From NCBI RefSeq assembly GCF_009914755.1, contig NC_060935.1: a stretch of DNA of 64,000 bases; one strand, 5' to 3'. The stretch's first letter is position 1. Every line of letters starts with the position of its first letter. The stretch comes from the human T2T-CHM13v2.0 reference genome, Homo sapiens. The notes beneath the pieces were generated by a model that saw only the letters and a program-made list of their open reading frames with translations, did not search any database and was not told the DNA's origin. Shown piece after piece: positions 41,355-56,179 of the stretch. A program made the translations under genes and the position numbers.

Positions 41355-41705
41355 GTCCAGGAGTCTGAGCTCCAGGTATCAGCGAGGTGGGTTCGTTCTG
41401 AGGCTGTGAGGGAGTGTTCCAGGCCTCCCCCAGCTACTGTGGAAGGGTTCCCGGTCGACGCATCGCACCAGACCCTGCCTCCGCCTCCATACAGCGCCCC
41501 CCGGCCGGCAAGTCCATGTCCAGGTTTCCCGTTTGATAAGAACACCAGTTGTATGGGAATAGGGGCCCACCCTAACCACCTCATCTTACCTAATAGCATC
41601 TGCAGCAACCCTATTTCCAAACAAGGTCACACTCTGAGGTGTGCTGGAGGGTCTAGGACCTCAACATATGAATTTGCGGGGCGGGGGACACAGTTTAGCC
41701 GGTAG
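41355..41705 (-). mobile_element. MLT1B/C-like LTR
   Basis: ccctatttccaaacaaggtcacactctgagg...ggacctcaacatatgaatttg. Confidence 0.85.
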
Positions 41706-41736
41706 GAATACCTACCTGTCAGAGGATTCTTTAATC

Positions 41737-41959
41737 CAAGGGTCCGTAAACCATAGCCTACAAACCTGGCTGCTGATCTGTATAAATAAGATTTGATTAG
41801 CACACGGCCACGTGTGCTTGTGAACATCTCATCTCTGGCTGTTTTTGTGCTATAACAGCACAAAATTGTCTGCTGGAGTTGTTGCAACAGAAATCGCGTG
41901 GCCTGCAAAGCCTAAAATATTTACTATCTGGCTTTAGAGAAAAAGCTTGTCAAGCCCTG
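41737..41959 (+). mobile_element. MER58A-like MITE
   Basis: gtggcctgcaaagcctaaaatatttactatctggc...gaaaaagcttgtcaagccctg. Confidence 0.85.
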
Positions 41960-42269
41960 TTCTAAACTATGAAGACAATGTTGGAGGTTGCTTTCTATAC
42001 CCACAGAGCCGTTGATGGGGTGAAGGGAGAGGGGTGAAATGCAGTCACACGCAAATTCTTATCTTCCTGAGGAGAAAGCCTTAGGGAGCCCACTACAGTG
42101 GACACTGTCTTTAGAGAGTAGCAGACCTGGCTGTGAGTTTGAGGAACCAGTGAAATGAGAGTTCAGTGACATCCTCAACTTCATGAGGATCAGAACATGG
42201 ATAACATGTGGCTCAACTAAACAACCAAAAGCAAAAGGGAGAAGTCAACAGAGTCAAATAGCAAATATA

Positions 42270-43420
42270 AGGACAGAAAGAGTCAAATCAAATGCCTCCA
42301 ACTTCACACCAAATGTAAATCGCCTGAATTCCTCTTTGAAAGACAGAGAAGGCCGTGCCGTAGCTCTGGGCTTTTATCTTTTAACAAATACATTGCTCAG
42401 CAGCATTAAGTAAGGCAAAGCAATAATGGGTGGTTGAAAAATAAAGGAATGGCCAAAGAGAGGCCAAGAAACTGCAAGCTAAAAGAAGAAAAGGAGAGAA
42501 AAAACAGGGAGATCAGGATGAATATCAACACTGAAGCCCAAACAAGACAAGTGTGAATGAGATCAGGCACTATTAGAAGACCTGACTGTAATCTTTAAGG
42601 CATCATACAACATAAAATACATAAAGCAAAAACTATTGAACATCTGCAAGGACAGGAAGGTTAAATATGATAACGGGAGGAGATTTTAATGTACCTCTTT
42701 TGGAATAGGACAGTTCTAGTGGGCACAAAATAAGTGAGGACATGGACAGGTAAATGTTGTAATCATGAGCAATTTCAGATTCTAACAGTAATTTGAAATA
42801 ACTCCTGTTCTTGTTATCTATAGCCATGTAACAAACCATCCACAAATCTAGCACCTTCAAAATACGCATCACGCCTGAGCTCGCTAGCCTACAGTCTGGC
42901 AGGGCTCAGTGGGACGGCTCATCTCCCCTCTGCATAGTATCAGCTGGGGCTGGAGCCTCCACAGCATTGCATCTACATGGCTGGTAAGGCTCCTGTTCAT
43001 GAGGGCTTCTCCAAGGCTGCATGGATTCCTCACATCTCAGAAATGAACAGTCCAGGAGACAGGCAGTGCCAGGGACTGAGAGCCACCTGGCTGTATTCTC
43101 CTGATGCAGGTGTCACAGAGCCCAGGTTCAGTTGGGGAGGACTGGCAAAGAACTTCATAGGACTGTGCTTTAAAACCAGCACTATCACTTCGAACCCTAG
43201 TAATGGAGTTGTTTTGTTCCCTTATGTCTGCGGAACACTTACAAAACCAATCATTCATGTGGCTACAAACAAATCTAACCTACCTCAAAAAATTGAGATT
43301 TAACTGGCCATGTTCTCTGATCAAAACCCAATATCATGAGAAATAAATGATTAAAAGATTGGGGAAGAAAAATCCCTTACCTATTTGGGAATTAAACAAC
43401 ACTCTCCTAAATAGCCAGAA
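42270..43420 (+). mobile_element. Old L1 ORF2 endonuclease-domain relic, sense orientation, interrupted by an MLT1-like LTR
   Basis: Broken motifs resembling NVNGLNSP, GDFN-PL, FSDHN and WKLNNTLLN. Confidence 0.75.
42805..43200 (-). mobile_element. MLT1(F/H/I)-like LTR fragment
   Basis: gttatctatagccatgtaacaaaccatcc...ggcagggctcagtgggacggctcatctc. Confidence 0.65.
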
Positions 43421-45424
43421 AGAAGAGATTGATGTGGGAAGTGCGGGCCCTGTAGGGCGTTATGAGACGTAGGCCCCGCTGCCTGCCCCAGCCCCTACAT
43501 CACTCCAGCTGCCCCCCAGCACCAACTGTAGATGCTTTTATTTTGTAAATTCCATGCCAGTGCCCACATCGCTTGCTGGTGGCTTCACTGTGTTTGCAAA
43601 TGTTGTCCCCCACGTGGATTGAAATTCATCTATTGCCTGAAAGTAATGAAGTATGTGCCTTGCACACTGTGTAAGCATACGTGTTTATTCAGTGCGTCCT
43701 GGGTTCTCACCCCTTGCCAGGTGATGGGTTGATTCAGTGTGCTGGGGGTCTCCAGGCGGGGGGGTCCACATAGTTTTTGCTTCATCAGAATCTGCTGATA
43801 AGCCCAGTTCGGAGCAGAGACTAGATGGGCCAGCCTGTGGGCACTCTGCCTAGCGCCATCTGCCTCTCCCACCCCAGGCAGGTGTCAGGTGGCTGCTGCG
43901 CCCTGTGTCCGCCTCCTGACCTTGAGAACACCCAGGTGGGGGAGGAAGTGGGCCGCGCTTCGGGAACCCCCACCCCGCCGGCTTGCGCAGCGAGCTGGGT
44001 CCCAGGGCTGGAGGCACCTCATTAAACCGCCTGAAACCTGTGTAACTCTAGTCGGCCCCCGTAAGGCACCGGCAGTACATGTGAAATTAAAATTACTGAG
44101 AGGCCCCACTCTCCTCCCCTCCATGGGTGGGCAGCCTTCATGGGGAGGCCAAGGCCCGGAAGCCGGCAGTCCTGGGAAAGATTTGGCCCCAATGATAATG
44201 GGCCCAAGAATGTGCTAGGCCCAGGGTGTGGTCCAAGTTCCTTTCTTAGCTAACCCCTCCACCCTGAGAAGCCTCCCCCACTACACCCACACATGGGGCC
44301 AGCTGCCTTGAGCACCTCCTGCTCAGACCCAGGTGAGGTACCTGAGTGACAAATGTCAAGAGTTTGCAGTTACTCCCAGAGCTACGGACAAGGGGCAAGG
44401 TGGGGCTGGAGGCACCGGCTCAGCAAGAGGGGTCACTTGAGCCTTGGCCTGCAGGGAGGTTTTGCTCAAGGAGTGTCCCTTGAGCAAAATATTGCACTTT
44501 CGTTGCTCTCTGAAAGCCTACCAGGCAGTCTTCCCAGAGGTGCTTCCCGGGAAGCCCGTGGAGAGGATGCATTCGACACCCAAGGCCTTATGGAATCAGT
44601 CCTGGGGCCTGGAGGGTCGTAGAGAAATGTGTGAACATGGCTCCCCTTAGGCCAGGGGTAGACGCAGGCACAGGGAGGATCAGGAAAGCCCTGGATCTTG
44701 TTGACACCCCGGGATGTGCCCTTGTGGCTACTTAGACGTAGAGCCCGGGGCAGGGGGAGGGCCAGCCCCTGTGGTTTTAGCCTCCTGAGAGTCTCCCCAG
44801 ACAGCCCACAGGGGACACTGGGCCTCATGCCGCCTGTCAGGATGGTGTCCGGGATGTGGGGACCAGACGACAGCTGTCACCCACTTGCAGGGCCCGGCTG
44901 CCCGGTGGATGGGAACGGCCATCCCCATGACGACCCAGCAAGTCCCTTGCCTCTCTCGCTCACCAGGAAGAAGACACGTCCGGGCAGCTGGCAGGTGGGG
45001 CTAGTTCTGGAGGGAAAGCGGCCTCGTGCCTCCCAGAGTCACCCCGAAATCATTAACGGGGAGACAAGCACACAGAGCAGCTGGCCGATTGCAGCTCTGA
45101 AGGTCAGAGATGGCCGCCAGCTGTGGGAAGGCCTGTGGCTAGGGCTCTGCTGCCTGCTTCCTGGGCAGGGGCTCCTTCCTCCCTCTCTGTCTCTGGGGTC
45201 CCATGGGAAGTCAGGGTGGGGCCTGGTGTGTGGCTTCCGCTGGTTTCCTGGGTGTGTCTTCCTGCAGGGCCAGGACCCCCAGAGTGTTCCAGTGACTTCA
45301 GAGAGGGGCAGCCAGACCAGGAGGAGCTCCAGAGGTGCCCTGTGGGGAGAGGCAGCGTCCCAAACACGGGGGAGGGGGTACCGCCAGCCTGGGGACAGAT
45401 AGCAGCATCTCAGCCATGGGGGGC

Positions 45425-45945
45425 CGTGACATCCGGTCAGGAGGGGGTTAGCATCTCAGACATGGGGGGGAGATGTCCAGCCCAGGGGAATGAGGGGGGT
45501 GATGTCCATCCTGGGGAGGGGTGACATCCATCCTGGGGGGACGGAGGCGTGACGTCCATCCTTGGGGGATGGGGGGGTGACGTCCATCCTGGGGGAGTGG
45601 GGGCGGTGACGTCCATCCTGGGGGAGTGGGGGCGGTGACGTCCATCCTGAGGGAACAGGGGGGTGACGTCCATCCTGGGGGAATGGGGGGGGTGACATCC
45701 ATCTTGGGGGTACTGGGGGGTGGCGTCCATCCTGGGACTGGGGGGTGACGTCCATCCTGGGGGGACGGTGGGGGATGTCCATCCTGGGGGGACGGGGGGT
45801 GACGTCCATCCTGGGGGCGGGTGATGTTCATCCTTGGGGGACGGGGGAAGGTGATGTTCCTTCTGGGGGGGCGGGGGGGGGTGACGTCCATCCTGGGGGA
45901 GACAGTAACATCCCAAACATGGGGGATGATGTCCAGAGTGGGGGT
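45425..45945. repeat. G-rich minisatellite, about 15 well-formed copies of a 22-30-bp unit
   Basis: Core GTGACGTCCATCCTGGGGG-N2-4-GGGGG with degenerate flanking copies. Confidence 0.97.
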
Positions 45946-46273
45946 CTTCAGGTCTTTACGGGCCCCTCAGCCTCCCCTTCCACACCCCAAGTACAGCACC
46001 CACAAGGCAGGTGCCTGGGAGGGAGACACACCTGTCCCCTGCCTGAAGTTTCTCAGCAGGATTTTGGGCACAAGGTGGGTAGTGAGCTGGTCTCAGCACT
46101 GAGCTTGCAGGTGGAGAAGGCGGGCCCCTGACTTTAGGGCGCTCTGGGTGGGATGAGGACAGACGTGGAGGAAAGGAGGGATCCCAGCAGAGGCAGCAGT
46201 GGATGGGGGAGGGCTTCACCGCAGGGAGAGTGAGGCTGCGCGGTGCCCTGCAGGACAGATAGGAACTCCCAGG

Positions 46274-46563
46274 CCTGTAATCCCAGCACTTTGGGAGGCC
46301 GAGGCGGGCGGATCACGAGGTCAGGAGATCGAGACCATCCTGGCTAACACGGTGAAACCCCGTCTCTACTAAAAATACAAAAAATTAGCCGGGCGAGGTG
46401 GCGGGCGCCTGTAGTCCCAGCTACTCGGGAGGCTGAGGCAGTAGAATGGTGTGAACCCCAGGGGGTGGAGCCTGCAGTGAGCCGAGATTGCGCCACTGCA
46501 CTCCAGCCTGGGCGACAGCGAGACTCCGTCTCAAAAAAAAAAAAAAAGAAAAAAAGAAAAAAA
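46274..46563 (+). mobile_element. Young AluY (AluYe-like), 5' truncated by about 20 nt
   Basis: Diagnostic-looking ggcgaggtggcggg, gaaccccagggggtggagcctgcag and ggcgacagcgagac. TSD aggaactcccagg at 46261-46273 and 46564-46576. Confidence 0.95.
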
Positions 46564-46799
46564 AGGAACTCCCAGGGTGGAGCTGTGGACAGATAGGAAC
46601 TTCCACAGCCAGGAAGGCCAGGTGACGTGGAGGGCCCCAGGCAGCTGGGCCAGCACGGGACGGGGCGTCAGGTCAGCGGGGCTCTTCTGTGCTGTGTGCA
46701 GCATGAGAGTCTGTACCCCACCTGTACTCAGGACCCTGCCCCCCGAGGACAAGGTCGCTTCCCTCTTGAGCACATGGGACACCACCTTCCTGCTACACT

Positions 46800-46980
46800 A
46801 TTCCCATGCCCTTTCCACAGGCCCAGGCCACTGTTGTCATTTCGCCCTCCCCACAGTCCTAGGAGGTGGGCACTGCTGGTGCCCCATTTTACAGGTGTGG
46901 ATGCTGAGCACAGAGAGGCTGAGCTGCTCGTCTGGGTCCCCCGCCTGGGATGCCACCAGTGTCCTCACACCAGCCTGCTC
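46800..46980 (-). mobile_element. MIR fragment
   Basis: ccccattttacaggtgtggatgctgagcacagagagg. Confidence 0.65.
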
Positions 46981-48259
46981 CTGCCCTGTGCCCATCCTCC
47001 TCCTGCTTAGCGATCCTTTCTCTTGCTAATGTGTGGGACAAGGGGCTCTCAGGGGGCCTGGCCAAGGTAGCGGGTCCCCCCACCATACTCCCAGTGCCAC
47101 CCCTGGCTGCCTGGAGCTAGCTGTGCAGGGGCCCAGAAGCCCTCCCCTCCGAGGAGGTGGGCCTGTTCCAGGCTACCTTGGGCGGGCAGGGCCTTGGGTG
47201 GCCAGGGCCTCAGGAGGGACACAGAGGGCCCCACTCAAGGTCACGGGCTGCACGTTCCATGGGGCCTGGGGAAGCAGCCGAGCAGAAGGATGCAGCCCGA
47301 CTAAGGCTGCCTCAGGGTGGCACCCCAGCGGTGCCCACACTAAGGGGACACTTGGCAGGGGAGGGGCTGTGGCAGGGCAGGGTCATGTCCCCAGCAGTAA
47401 GGCCAGGACAGGGCAGCCGGACCCCGACTGTGCCACCCTCAGCCCAGTGGATGGTGCATCTCACCTGGGCCTGGCCGGCTGCACTGTGGCGCCTGCCCCA
47501 GGCCAGGCTACCTTGGGCGGGGTGGGGACTGGTACTCCCCGGGGGGTGGGGGTGAGGGCGGGGGTGAGTGTGGATGAGGGCCCCAGCTGTGCCCAGCACG
47601 TCACTGGGGGCCCACAAGCTCTCAGCACAGGCTGGCGGCTGGGAGCAGCTGGCCACAGGCAGGCCCTGGGACAAAGGGCGCTTTGAGCTGCCTGAGTGCC
47701 TGCATTGCCCTCCGGCCAGCTGACCCTCCCCGGAGCCGAGGCTGGCTCTCTCTGTGGCTTATCAGGGCCGGGCCGGTGTGGAGTTGGAACAGCTGGCCCC
47801 AAAGCCCGCCAGCCGGGCTCTATGCTGTGGGGACCACTGCCCCCACAGGGAAGCGCCTGGCTCAGCACAGGCCCAGCCCTCTGGCTTCCTCGCTATGGGA
47901 GGGGGTGAGACCCTAATCCCGGGTCCCCACAGCACCCTCAGCCTAACCCCTGTGTCCACCCCTCTTCAGAGTCTCCAGGCCCCATCTTGGCCTGATGAGG
48001 CCTCATTGTCTCCTAAAAAGTGTGGGTACAGATCTCAGGCTTTTCAAGGGTGGGTGGATTCCTGGCTCCAGTGGAAGGTCCCCAGGCCTAAGTCTATGGG
48101 GGCGCCAGGGAGGCCGGCTGTGTTTCTGCATCCTTGACCCTGGCCCCTTCCACAAAGCTCAGCTCTGATCCTTCGTATTTAATCTTCATCTTCCGCCGTC
48201 TTTAAAATTAATTTTCCTTTAAAGATACTGTAGAGCAGTAACATCAGAGACACCAAAAT

Positions 48260-48710
48260 AGACAAAAGAGATAATAGAAGAGTAATATCAGAGACACTAA
48301 AGTCCTCGCGATAAGGGTCTGCGAGGCTTCCTTTATGTTTTGCAAAAAAATCTATATATTTCATCCAGAGAGACAGGATGTGAGCGCAGCTGGTCAGAAC
48401 CAGTTATTTCAGGCTGCCCTGTGATCTTTCCCACGTGATTGATTGACACAGGGACCTTCTCTAGGGTCCTAAATTATGTGGTTCCAGCAGCATGGAACTT
48501 CAAAACACATTGAACCCCAGAAAATCTTCGCTATGTTGGAGATTCGCCGGCTGATAAAAGCAAAACAATAGATAAGATGGCCAGGTCGACCTTCAGCCTT
48601 CTCGGAGAACACCGGTTCCACGGCCGGTTGCAACACGTTTGAGCCAAAGTGCGACCTTTCCCCGCTCTGTTCACTCGGAGACTAAAAATCCCAGATAAGC
48701 ACCTGCTTTG
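48260..48710. promoter_or_regulatory. GATA/GRHL-like motif cluster (candidate epithelial enhancer)
   Basis: WGATAA at 48269, 48552, 48570 and 48693. AACCAGTT at 48398, CACCGGTT at 48610, GGCCGGTT at 48622. No repeat recognised here. Confidence 0.4.
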
Positions 48711-49419
48711 CTAGACCCTTGCTGGCCCTCCGGCTTCGGGCAGGTCTCCTCTTTATGCCACTGTAACCCCACAACACCGGATACCAGCATGGGGCCGGCC
48801 TGCGGGGCCATGTGTCTCCTCCTGTGTGACCTTGAGCTACCTTGAGCTTCCATTTTCCTTCCGCACCATGCACTGATTTCCCCTGGGTTGAGGTTGAGGG
48901 TCCCAGGGTCTGTCTGCCTAATGACAAGATTTCAGTACCAATAGCGAAGCCGTCAGTGGCAGTGACTGTGCCTTAGGGTGTCCCGTTGGCATCCAGGGCC
49001 CCCCATGAAGGATGGCACTGAGCACCATTCAACATAAGTCTTGTCAGCGTTCCGATGAAACAAGATTAGGGGAATTTTACAGCTTGCCTGTGTTTTTCCA
49101 CCCAGGGCCCTTTGCACTGCCTGCTATTTGTTTTCTGTCTTCATCCTGAGAGGGCTCAAGGTCTGCATGCCATTTTGCAATTGACAAATGGCTTGTGCTT
49201 AGCTATTTCGTTGAATGCTGAACTAACAATAGTCAGTGAAGATTAAGAACTAAAGGCTCAAGGACAGCTACAGATGACCACAGCTGGAGTGCGGCAGATA
49301 CTCGGGGCCGCTGGGTGGCCCTGAAGGCCCACAGAATCCTTTTGGAGACCTGACCCGCGGGAGCCCAGGTGAGCAACCGCCACGGGCCAGGGCCCCTCGA
49401 GGCACTCATTTCAGTATCA

Positions 49420-50810
<1,391 letters not shown>

Positions 50811-53318
50811 CTTTGGTTTTTTAAATAATTTTAAAGCACACAAATAAGACACCTGAGAGCCAACTTATAACACGCCCCAGGATGGACATGGATTCACACT
50901 CATGGTAGAACAGAGCTGAGGGTGCAGTGTGGGATGGGCTGACTTGTGGCCAGGGGAAAGACCCGTGGCCTATCTTGTTTTGGGGGGCAGGGACCCAGAA
51001 ACTCATTGCTTTCAGGCCTTGCTAGAAAAGCATACAGTCGAACGAGTGGGTCCGATGTGGAGTGCAGTGGCATCAGCCAAGGCTCCGAGGCGTTTCTTCC
51101 CACTTCACATGTCTTTTCTGTTGTTTCTGCGAAGGTGTCTCAGGGAGGGGCAGAACCCATGGGGTTTGGCTTCCTGACCCTGAACGTCTTTGTCCCAGGC
51201 CCTTCACTGGGTCTGGAGGAAGGAGGGTGCTGTGGTCCTGGTGGCTCTTGTGCCTGCACCCGCCTTGGGGCCATCTGACACCCACACCCTCCCTCCAGGC
51301 CAGACCCAGCTCTCCAGCTTCCCGGCTGCCCACTAGATGACCACCAAGGCAGGGCGGCTGGTGGTGCTGACGGCTCTGTGAGGCCCAGGCCTGTCTTCCC
51401 CACCTCACCCCACAGGGCTGAGACACCTCCCTGTCCCCTGGCAGGGCTGGAGGCTCTGGAGTCTCTCTTGGTTACCCTCTCTCTCCCAGGGCCACTTTTG
51501 CAGCCTGGTGTCCTTATCTCATGTCTGGGTCCCCTTTGCCAAGGGTCCTCCAGCCTTTGGCCTGCACCCACTCATCTGGCAGTAACAGGGCCACTTCCAG
51601 AACCACCACCATGCCCAGGTCATGTCTGTGCATGAGAGTGGTCAGCCCTCCATGGCAGGCCTGGCCTCACCTGCCAGTGTCCTCTCCCACACCCGAGGAC
51701 ACCTGTACCTTGTCCCGGGGCGGGGCTCTCTCTGCCATGGACGCCAGTCTTCCCTCCCCTAAGCTGCGGGTGACCTGACCTAGTTGAGCCTGGCTTTCCT
51801 CCTCTGTAAAATGTGAACAGAGGCCACCACCCCCATTATGTGGGTCTGTGTTTGCTCTGTGCACGTCTCGGTGCCCAGATCTGAGGCCCTTTTGTCCATG
51901 AAGCCATCTGCAGCCAGGAGGCGGCCTTGCTTTAGTCTGAAGGAGAGTGACCAGGGTAGGAGGGGCCTCCTTGTCCCTTTGGTCTGTTTGTGGTCTCAGT
52001 GGAGACCAAGGACGGCTCTTCTTCTCGTATCTACGGGGCAGAGCTCAGGGCCGCACTCCATCAGCATCCCGGGCCATTGCATCCTTGACCCCGGGGGGCT
52101 TGCAGGCGCCACATAGATCTTGTGAGAGGCGCTTTGTGGGGCTGGATGATCCTGGGTGCCCCTCAGAGAAGGCCCTGGGGCTGGCCTTGTTATCAGTGGG
52201 GGAGTCAGGAAGTACCCCGGTTCTGTACCTGTAGTGGATGGGGCTCTCAGAGGGATTGGGGGTGATGGGGGTGCTGAGCTGGCCTGAGAAGGGTGGGGTA
52301 ACCTAGGGGGTGGAGTGGGGGAGGGAGAGAGCACTCCTGACACAGGGTCCTGAGGAGGCAGGGGTGCCCCAGGGAATGGGGGGCACCTGGGGCCCACGGG
52401 AGGCTCTGGGGGAGACTGGGCGGTGAGCCCCTGGGAAGGAGGCCTCAGGGACAGCCCTAGACTGTCACCCTCAGTGTGGACAGCAGGAGCTATGGCAGCT
52501 GCTTGAGCAAGGTGGGCAAGGGAGAAGTACCAAATGTGTGCAGGTTCTGGGGAGGAGCTTGAGGCCCCTTTAGTTCACCTTTGGAACTTAGGACCAAGTC
52601 TGCAAATACAGATGAACCCAGGGTTAGGAGGGTGGCTGGGGCATCACCCACCTGGGGTCTGGACTGCTGGAACCAGGGGGAGGCAGGCCTGCCATTCTGT
52701 GAGCCTGCTTTAGACTGGGGATGTGGTCCCGTGAATCAGGGGTGGGCCATGGCATGGCGTGGGGGACCAGCCCTCCTCCCTGTCCCCAGCTGAGTGTGAG
52801 CTCCCTGGGGTCTTGCTGTGGCCTTGGCCCTGGGTGTTGTCCCACACAGCCCAGGAGAGCGTTTGAGGCTGATGGTGGTGGAGATAGTTTTATCTCTGAG
52901 CAAACATTCCATCTTGCTGTTTCCAGCCTAGAGATGGTGAGGGGACTTTTCCTTGGCTCTTTCCTGGCCTGCTAGCAGCACCAGCCTAATTAACCTGACA
53001 AGCGGGGCCTCCCCAGCCATGTAGCCTTGCACTGCCTTCCCACATCCAGCTGGATTTGGGGATCAGTGTTGTTTTTAATCATTCCTACCACCTTGTCCCA
53101 CAGGCAGGAGTCCTGCCATCTTCGAAGGCCAGCCCCTAAACAGGTTCCCTGAGTGTTAGGTCAAAATAACTTTAAAAAGACACGCAGCTATCCACAGCAA
53201 TCCTTAATAGTTACTTATCTATTTCAGGGTATAACATAAGACACACCTATCATTTCAGACCTGCCTAGGACATGCCTGGAGAAGGTATTTAAGTAATTTT
53301 AAAAGTGCATCAAAACAA

Positions 53319-53654
<336 letters not shown>

Positions 53655-53954
53655 CTAAGGGCCAGTCTGCTGGGTGGTGGATGGGTCAGCAGAGCTGGGC
53701 TGGGAGCCGCTATGCCTCCCCATCAAGGCCACCAATAGTCGGGTGAGCCGGCCTCTGTGCCGTCATGGGCACCCTGTCTCAGCTCCGGGGACTTGGAGCT
53801 CTGTGTTTCCGTGGCCTTTTTCACGATGACCAAACAAAGGCGGGTGTTATGGTGTCCAGGCCCGGTCTCCCTAACGGGCAGTTTCTCAGAAGCAAAGACC
53901 GACGAGACAGAGCTCCTGCTACCAGAGAGCCCTAGGCCGGCTCATTGGAATAGT

Positions 53955-54090
53955 CATTTATTTGTTCCTTCATTCGTTCATTCAGCATGTCCATGTTGAG
54001 CACTGACTGGAGCAGGTCCTGTTCTGGGGCCTGGGAAATGGGGGTGGATAAGACCAAGGTAGCCTCTTCTCTAAGGAGCTCAGCCGGACC
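53955..54090 (-). mobile_element. L2 3' end fragment
   Basis: cattcgttcattcagcatgtccatgttgagcactgact. Similar L2 tails occur near 3400 and 20140. Confidence 0.6.
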
Positions 54091-54121
54091 TCAGCCTAGA
54101 GCCCTGGTCCCCAGGAGCTGA

Positions 54122-54507
<386 letters not shown>

Positions 54508-55416
54508 CACACCCTTTCTTTACCTTACACCCCTGCCATCTCCAGTATGCACCTGTCCGCACACACCCACACACCCCTGAAGGATTTGACGTCATGAGCC
54601 AAAAACATTTTTGCAAAAGGAAAGCAACTAAGCTCCCAGCGTGTCTCCCCTTATCCATTGGGCTTGTCCCAAACACATGCCGGATGGTGTAAGTATCATT
54701 CCATCCTAATTAATAACATTTGGGAGCCAGCGATGGCAGTGTCCAGCTGACTGCTCATAGTGGACTCCCTGGTGGGGGCGTGGCATGGGAGCAAGGCCAG
54801 CCACTGTCACCCAGTGGGAGCAGAAGTCCCCTCCAGGGCCCGGCTTCTGAGGGAGGACAGGCAGGAGTCCGCCGGAAGTGGGCCTGAGACGCCGTATGCC
54901 TGTGGCTTTGTGGCTTTGTGTGGCTAGCGCCTCTCACACGTGGGGGCTGGTTTCATCTTCCAGCCCCACACACCTTCCCCAAGGGCCTCCCGTACACCCC
55001 GGCTGCCTGGGCGCTGGGCTCCAGCCTGCAGGTGGCCGCTGCACTTTAAGTGTCACAATGGGCTGCACTTCACATGAAAGCTGCATTTTGGCAATAAGTC
55101 CCCACCAAGCCCACTGAGCCTGGCCCTGCTGCATCCACACTTTACAGCTGAGGAAACTGAGGCCCAGCTTTCCACTTCTGTGCCTAGGGGGTGGGATCCA
55201 GCTCCGAGGGTCTTCTTCCCACTCCTCCAGGAACCTCCGCCCTCTGGTGTCGGTGGAGTTGAGGAGGTGTTGGGGTGTGGAGGGGCCAGGTGACTCCCTG
55301 TAAGGGCAAAGTGATCCAGAGGCTGCCCCTACCGCAGGTACACCAGGCTCAAAGGCCAGCTGTGAGGCTTTCCGGGGCTGGATCTGGTGGGAAAGTGCTT
55401 ATCACGGAGGGCACCC

Positions 55417-55740
55417 GGGGTTCCTGGCGTGGGACCCCCTCTGACCCAGGCTAGGGTTCCTGGCGTGGGACGCCCTCTGGCCCAAGCTGGGGTTCCTGGT
55501 GTGGGGCCCCCTCTGACCCAAGCTGGGGTTCCTGGCGTCGGACGCCCTCTGGCCCAAGCTGGAGTTCCTGGTGTGGGGCCCCCTCTGACCCAAGCTGGGG
55601 TTCCTGGCGTCGGACGCCCTCTGGCCCAAGCTGGGGTTCCTGGTGTGGGGCCCCCTCTGGCCAAGGCTGGGGTTCCTGGTGTGGGGCCTCCTCTGGCCAA
55701 GGCTGGGGTTCCTGGTGTGGGGCCTCCTCTGGCCTGGGTG
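55417..55740. repeat. 36-bp minisatellite, 9 copies
   Basis: Unit GGGGTTCCTGGYGTSGGRCSCCCTCTGRCCCAAGCT recurring every 36 bp from 55417 to 55705. Confidence 0.97.
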
Positions 55741-55798
55741 GGCCTGGCCTGAGAGCTGCAGCCTCACCTGGGCTCCACTGCCTATGGACATGAGCTGA

Positions 55799-56179
<381 letters not shown>

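Noticed and set aside
45437-45916. Proline-rich repetitive ORFs
   Set aside because: Translations of the G-rich VNTR.
55387-55752. Elastin-like VPGVG repeat ORF
   Set aside because: Artefact of the 36-bp VNTR. It starts at GTG and several frames are open.
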